A stretch of DNA of 63,984 nucleotides, counting the filler, from Basidioascus undulatus (lineage: Eukaryota): the NCBI GenBank assembly GCA_000826855.1. It is 10 parts of 10 records of this genome, joined end to end, with 100 filler letters (N's around TTAATTAATTAA, not from the genome) between each part and the next. Parts side by side here need not be neighbours in the genome. Positions count along the whole stretch, not along the records: positions 61,935 to 63,984 come from JTLS01002947.1; 9 more parts are not named here. One strand, written 5' to 3'. Under the pieces are notes generated by a model that was not told where the DNA came from, ran no database searches, and was given only the letters and a program-made list of their open reading frames with translations. Shown here one piece after another: positions 61,935 to 63,984 of the stretch; positions within the stretch are counted from its first letter, which is position 1; every line of letters starts with the position of its first letter. A program made the translations under genes and the position numbers.

Positions 61935-63984
61935 CTTTCCTTCATCTCGCCTTGTCCCCTCCGCCGCTCCTCCTCCCCGCCCGCCCTTTTCTTTTTTTTC
62001 TCTTTTTCGCGTCTCTTTCTGTCTTCGACGCCGCGGCGCTGCCGATCACCCCCCTACACACCGTCGCCGTCGGCCCCATTCGCGCGCTCGCGTCCCCGTC
62101 TGCACCGTCCCGGATGGCCGCCGCGATACCCCCCTCTCTCCCTGTGCCGACACCGCCCCCCGGCCTCGCAAACCGCTCTCCAGCGCGACGACGTGCTCCC
62201 CCACCCCCGTCATCCGCTCGGCGCAGGCGGGACCCGCGGGCAGACGAGGAGGGCGCGAGGCGGTATGGGGTTGAGCGCCGCCAGTCCTATGGCGCTGGTG
62301 GAGGGCCGGATCAGGAGGGCTGTGAGTCGGACCCCTTCTTCCACACATTTTCCTTCCAAAGCGTCCTGTGCGAGATTATGGTGGATTGAAGCAAGGGGGA
62401 TGGACGGTGGATGCTGAGGTTGCTCGGGCTCTCGCCCTGGACGGAGTCGGTCGATGTCCGTAGACTCGGTCGGGGCTGAAGGCTCCTCGCCGTCCCTGCC
62501 CGGTGATCGGCAGAGCTTCTTCGCGCGGACAGCGCCGTTCCTTCTGTTTTACATTCACGGGGACGCGTAGCTGTGGGCGTTACACATTTTGAACGCGCGC
62601 CGACTACATTAGGGTTTCGACTCGCATCACGATGAGATGCACCCCTGCACTCTCCTATCCTCTCCTATCCTCTCCTCTCCCTGCTGGCGGCGCGTTTGCA
62701 TGGTGATGGCGCTCATCCTTCTTGCGTCATCTCAATTGGGCGGTTTTGTTTCGGCTACATCTCCCGCCTGAATCAGGTCGGAGAGGCGAACCTCCGCACC
62801 GCACACATCGGCCATCGCCCCTTACCATTGAACATCAGCTGAATCTCCTCTCCGCACATTGACAGACCCTTCCTGTGACAACGTCGGCAACGAGGTCCTG
62901 TCATGTTTCCCGAACGGTACGACGTCCATCACCCAGGGCGACTACTCAAAGTTCATCTGGAATCGGAACTATCCCACTTTGTGCGTCATCTCCTTCACCC
63001 GGATGCCCCTTCCCCCCTGTGCCTTTTGCACGCCGTTGATTTGCACCTCCTCCAGCATCGGCGTCGGCTCGGTCGACATCTACCTCTTCAGCGCGGACAC
63101 CGAGAGGGAGCTGGGCCGGTGGACCGGCGTGCCGAACGAGCGCGGCACGCAGGCGATCCAGGCCAGCGAGGACTGGTGGTCGCCCACCGACTCTAGCTGG
63201 GGCCCGTGGGCCAACGTTGCCCCGGACGAGTGGGAGTCCACGACGCGCAACTGGCCGCTGTACTTCGTCATCGTTCCGAACGGGCAGGCTTTGACGGGCG
63301 GCGAGACGCATCAGTCGACCTTTACCGCTGTTCGTGAGTCTCCTTCCGTTCTTCGGCGTGGGTCAGATTCCAGCGGGGCGATCGTGCTGACAGGCTGTCG
63401 GGTCATCATTTGCAGAGACGGCTCCCCTCTCCTCCCTTGTCTCTCAATCCACCGCATCCTTCGCTTCCACCTCCGCCGCAGCGTCCGCCACCTCCGCCGC
63501 GTCTCTCTCCTCCGCATCCATCCTCTCGTCCGAATCCGTCGCATCTCTGTCATCCGAATCTCGCTTCTCGGAAGCCGCGACCACCTCCTTCCTCACCACA
63601 ACCGACCCGTCCGGGCGGACGTTCACCACCGGCATACGCAGCACGCCCACCTCTCTTCAGTCCGACGACGGCGACTCGAGCTTCCCTGGCTGGGCCATCG
63701 CCGTTATCGTCGTCCTCGGCGTCCTCGCGCTGATAGGCCTCGCAGGCGCCGCGTACCTCATCATGCGCAAAATCCGCAAAGACCGCGAGGCCGCCCTCGC
63801 CGAGGCCGAAGCCGACGGCAGCGTCGGCAGCCGCTCGCCTATGATGGCTGAGTACCCGGGCGGCGGCGGCGGCGGAGGCCTCGCACCATCTTCCGCAGCA
63901 GCGGCCGGCGCTGGCGGTGCCGCGGCTGGCTTCGCCGCCAGCGGTGCACTCGCCCGCCAACGGTCCGGAACGCCCCACCACGAC
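61935..63984 (+). CDS. Type I membrane protein with a Ser/Thr-rich stalk (Mid2-like cell-surface sensor architecture); partial
   Basis: Hydrophobic signal-like FLFFLFFASLSVFDAAALP; extracellular domain SCFPNGTTSITQGDYSKFIWNRNYP..LYFVIVP; S/T/A-rich stalk; TM FPGWAIAVIVVLGVLALIGLAGAAYLI followed by RKIRK. Confidence 0.75.

Overview
Eukaryotic, intron-rich, GC3-rich fungal DNA. It is a basidiomycete, most likely a Pucciniomycotina-type yeast, inferred from short GTGCGT/GTGAGT...CTGAC...YAG introns and from the protein families present. The window is not one locus: nine artificial 100-nt N/TTAATTAATTAA/N linkers join ten contigs (two of about 22.8 kb, seven complete ones of about 2.2 kb and one cut off by the window end), so adjacency across linkers means nothing. 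Apparently intact genes: histone H4, SPO11, AP-2 sigma, a BTG/Tob-domain protein, ARG1, CCT2, a SulP sulfate permease and an RRM-RS protein. Partial at contig ends: Rid1-like GBD protein, tRNA-Asp(GTC), IND1, eIF3m, MED13, a Pcl-type cyclin, MED14, Msb1/Mug8, SEC3 and a Ser/Thr-rich type I membrane protein. The most striking pattern is decayed accessory genes between the housekeeping genes: HRI1, a UVI-1-like secreted protein, an F-box protein, a cation/Ca2+ exchanger, a Zn2Cys6 transcription factor, a degenerate MYND protein and a partial SEC3 copy. Three genes switch abruptly into unrelated sequence (S8 protease into ARG1, RPN10 losing its UIM, DUF2461), and short tandem duplications recur. 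Together these suggest ongoing genome erosion by deletion and duplication, although the abrupt junctions could be misassemblies. An apparently expressed mini-gene of about 88 aa resembling the isolated C-terminal domain of YBR056W-like GH5 proteins is the best candidate for a novel protein. All family assignments come from motif recognition by eye; no database search was run.
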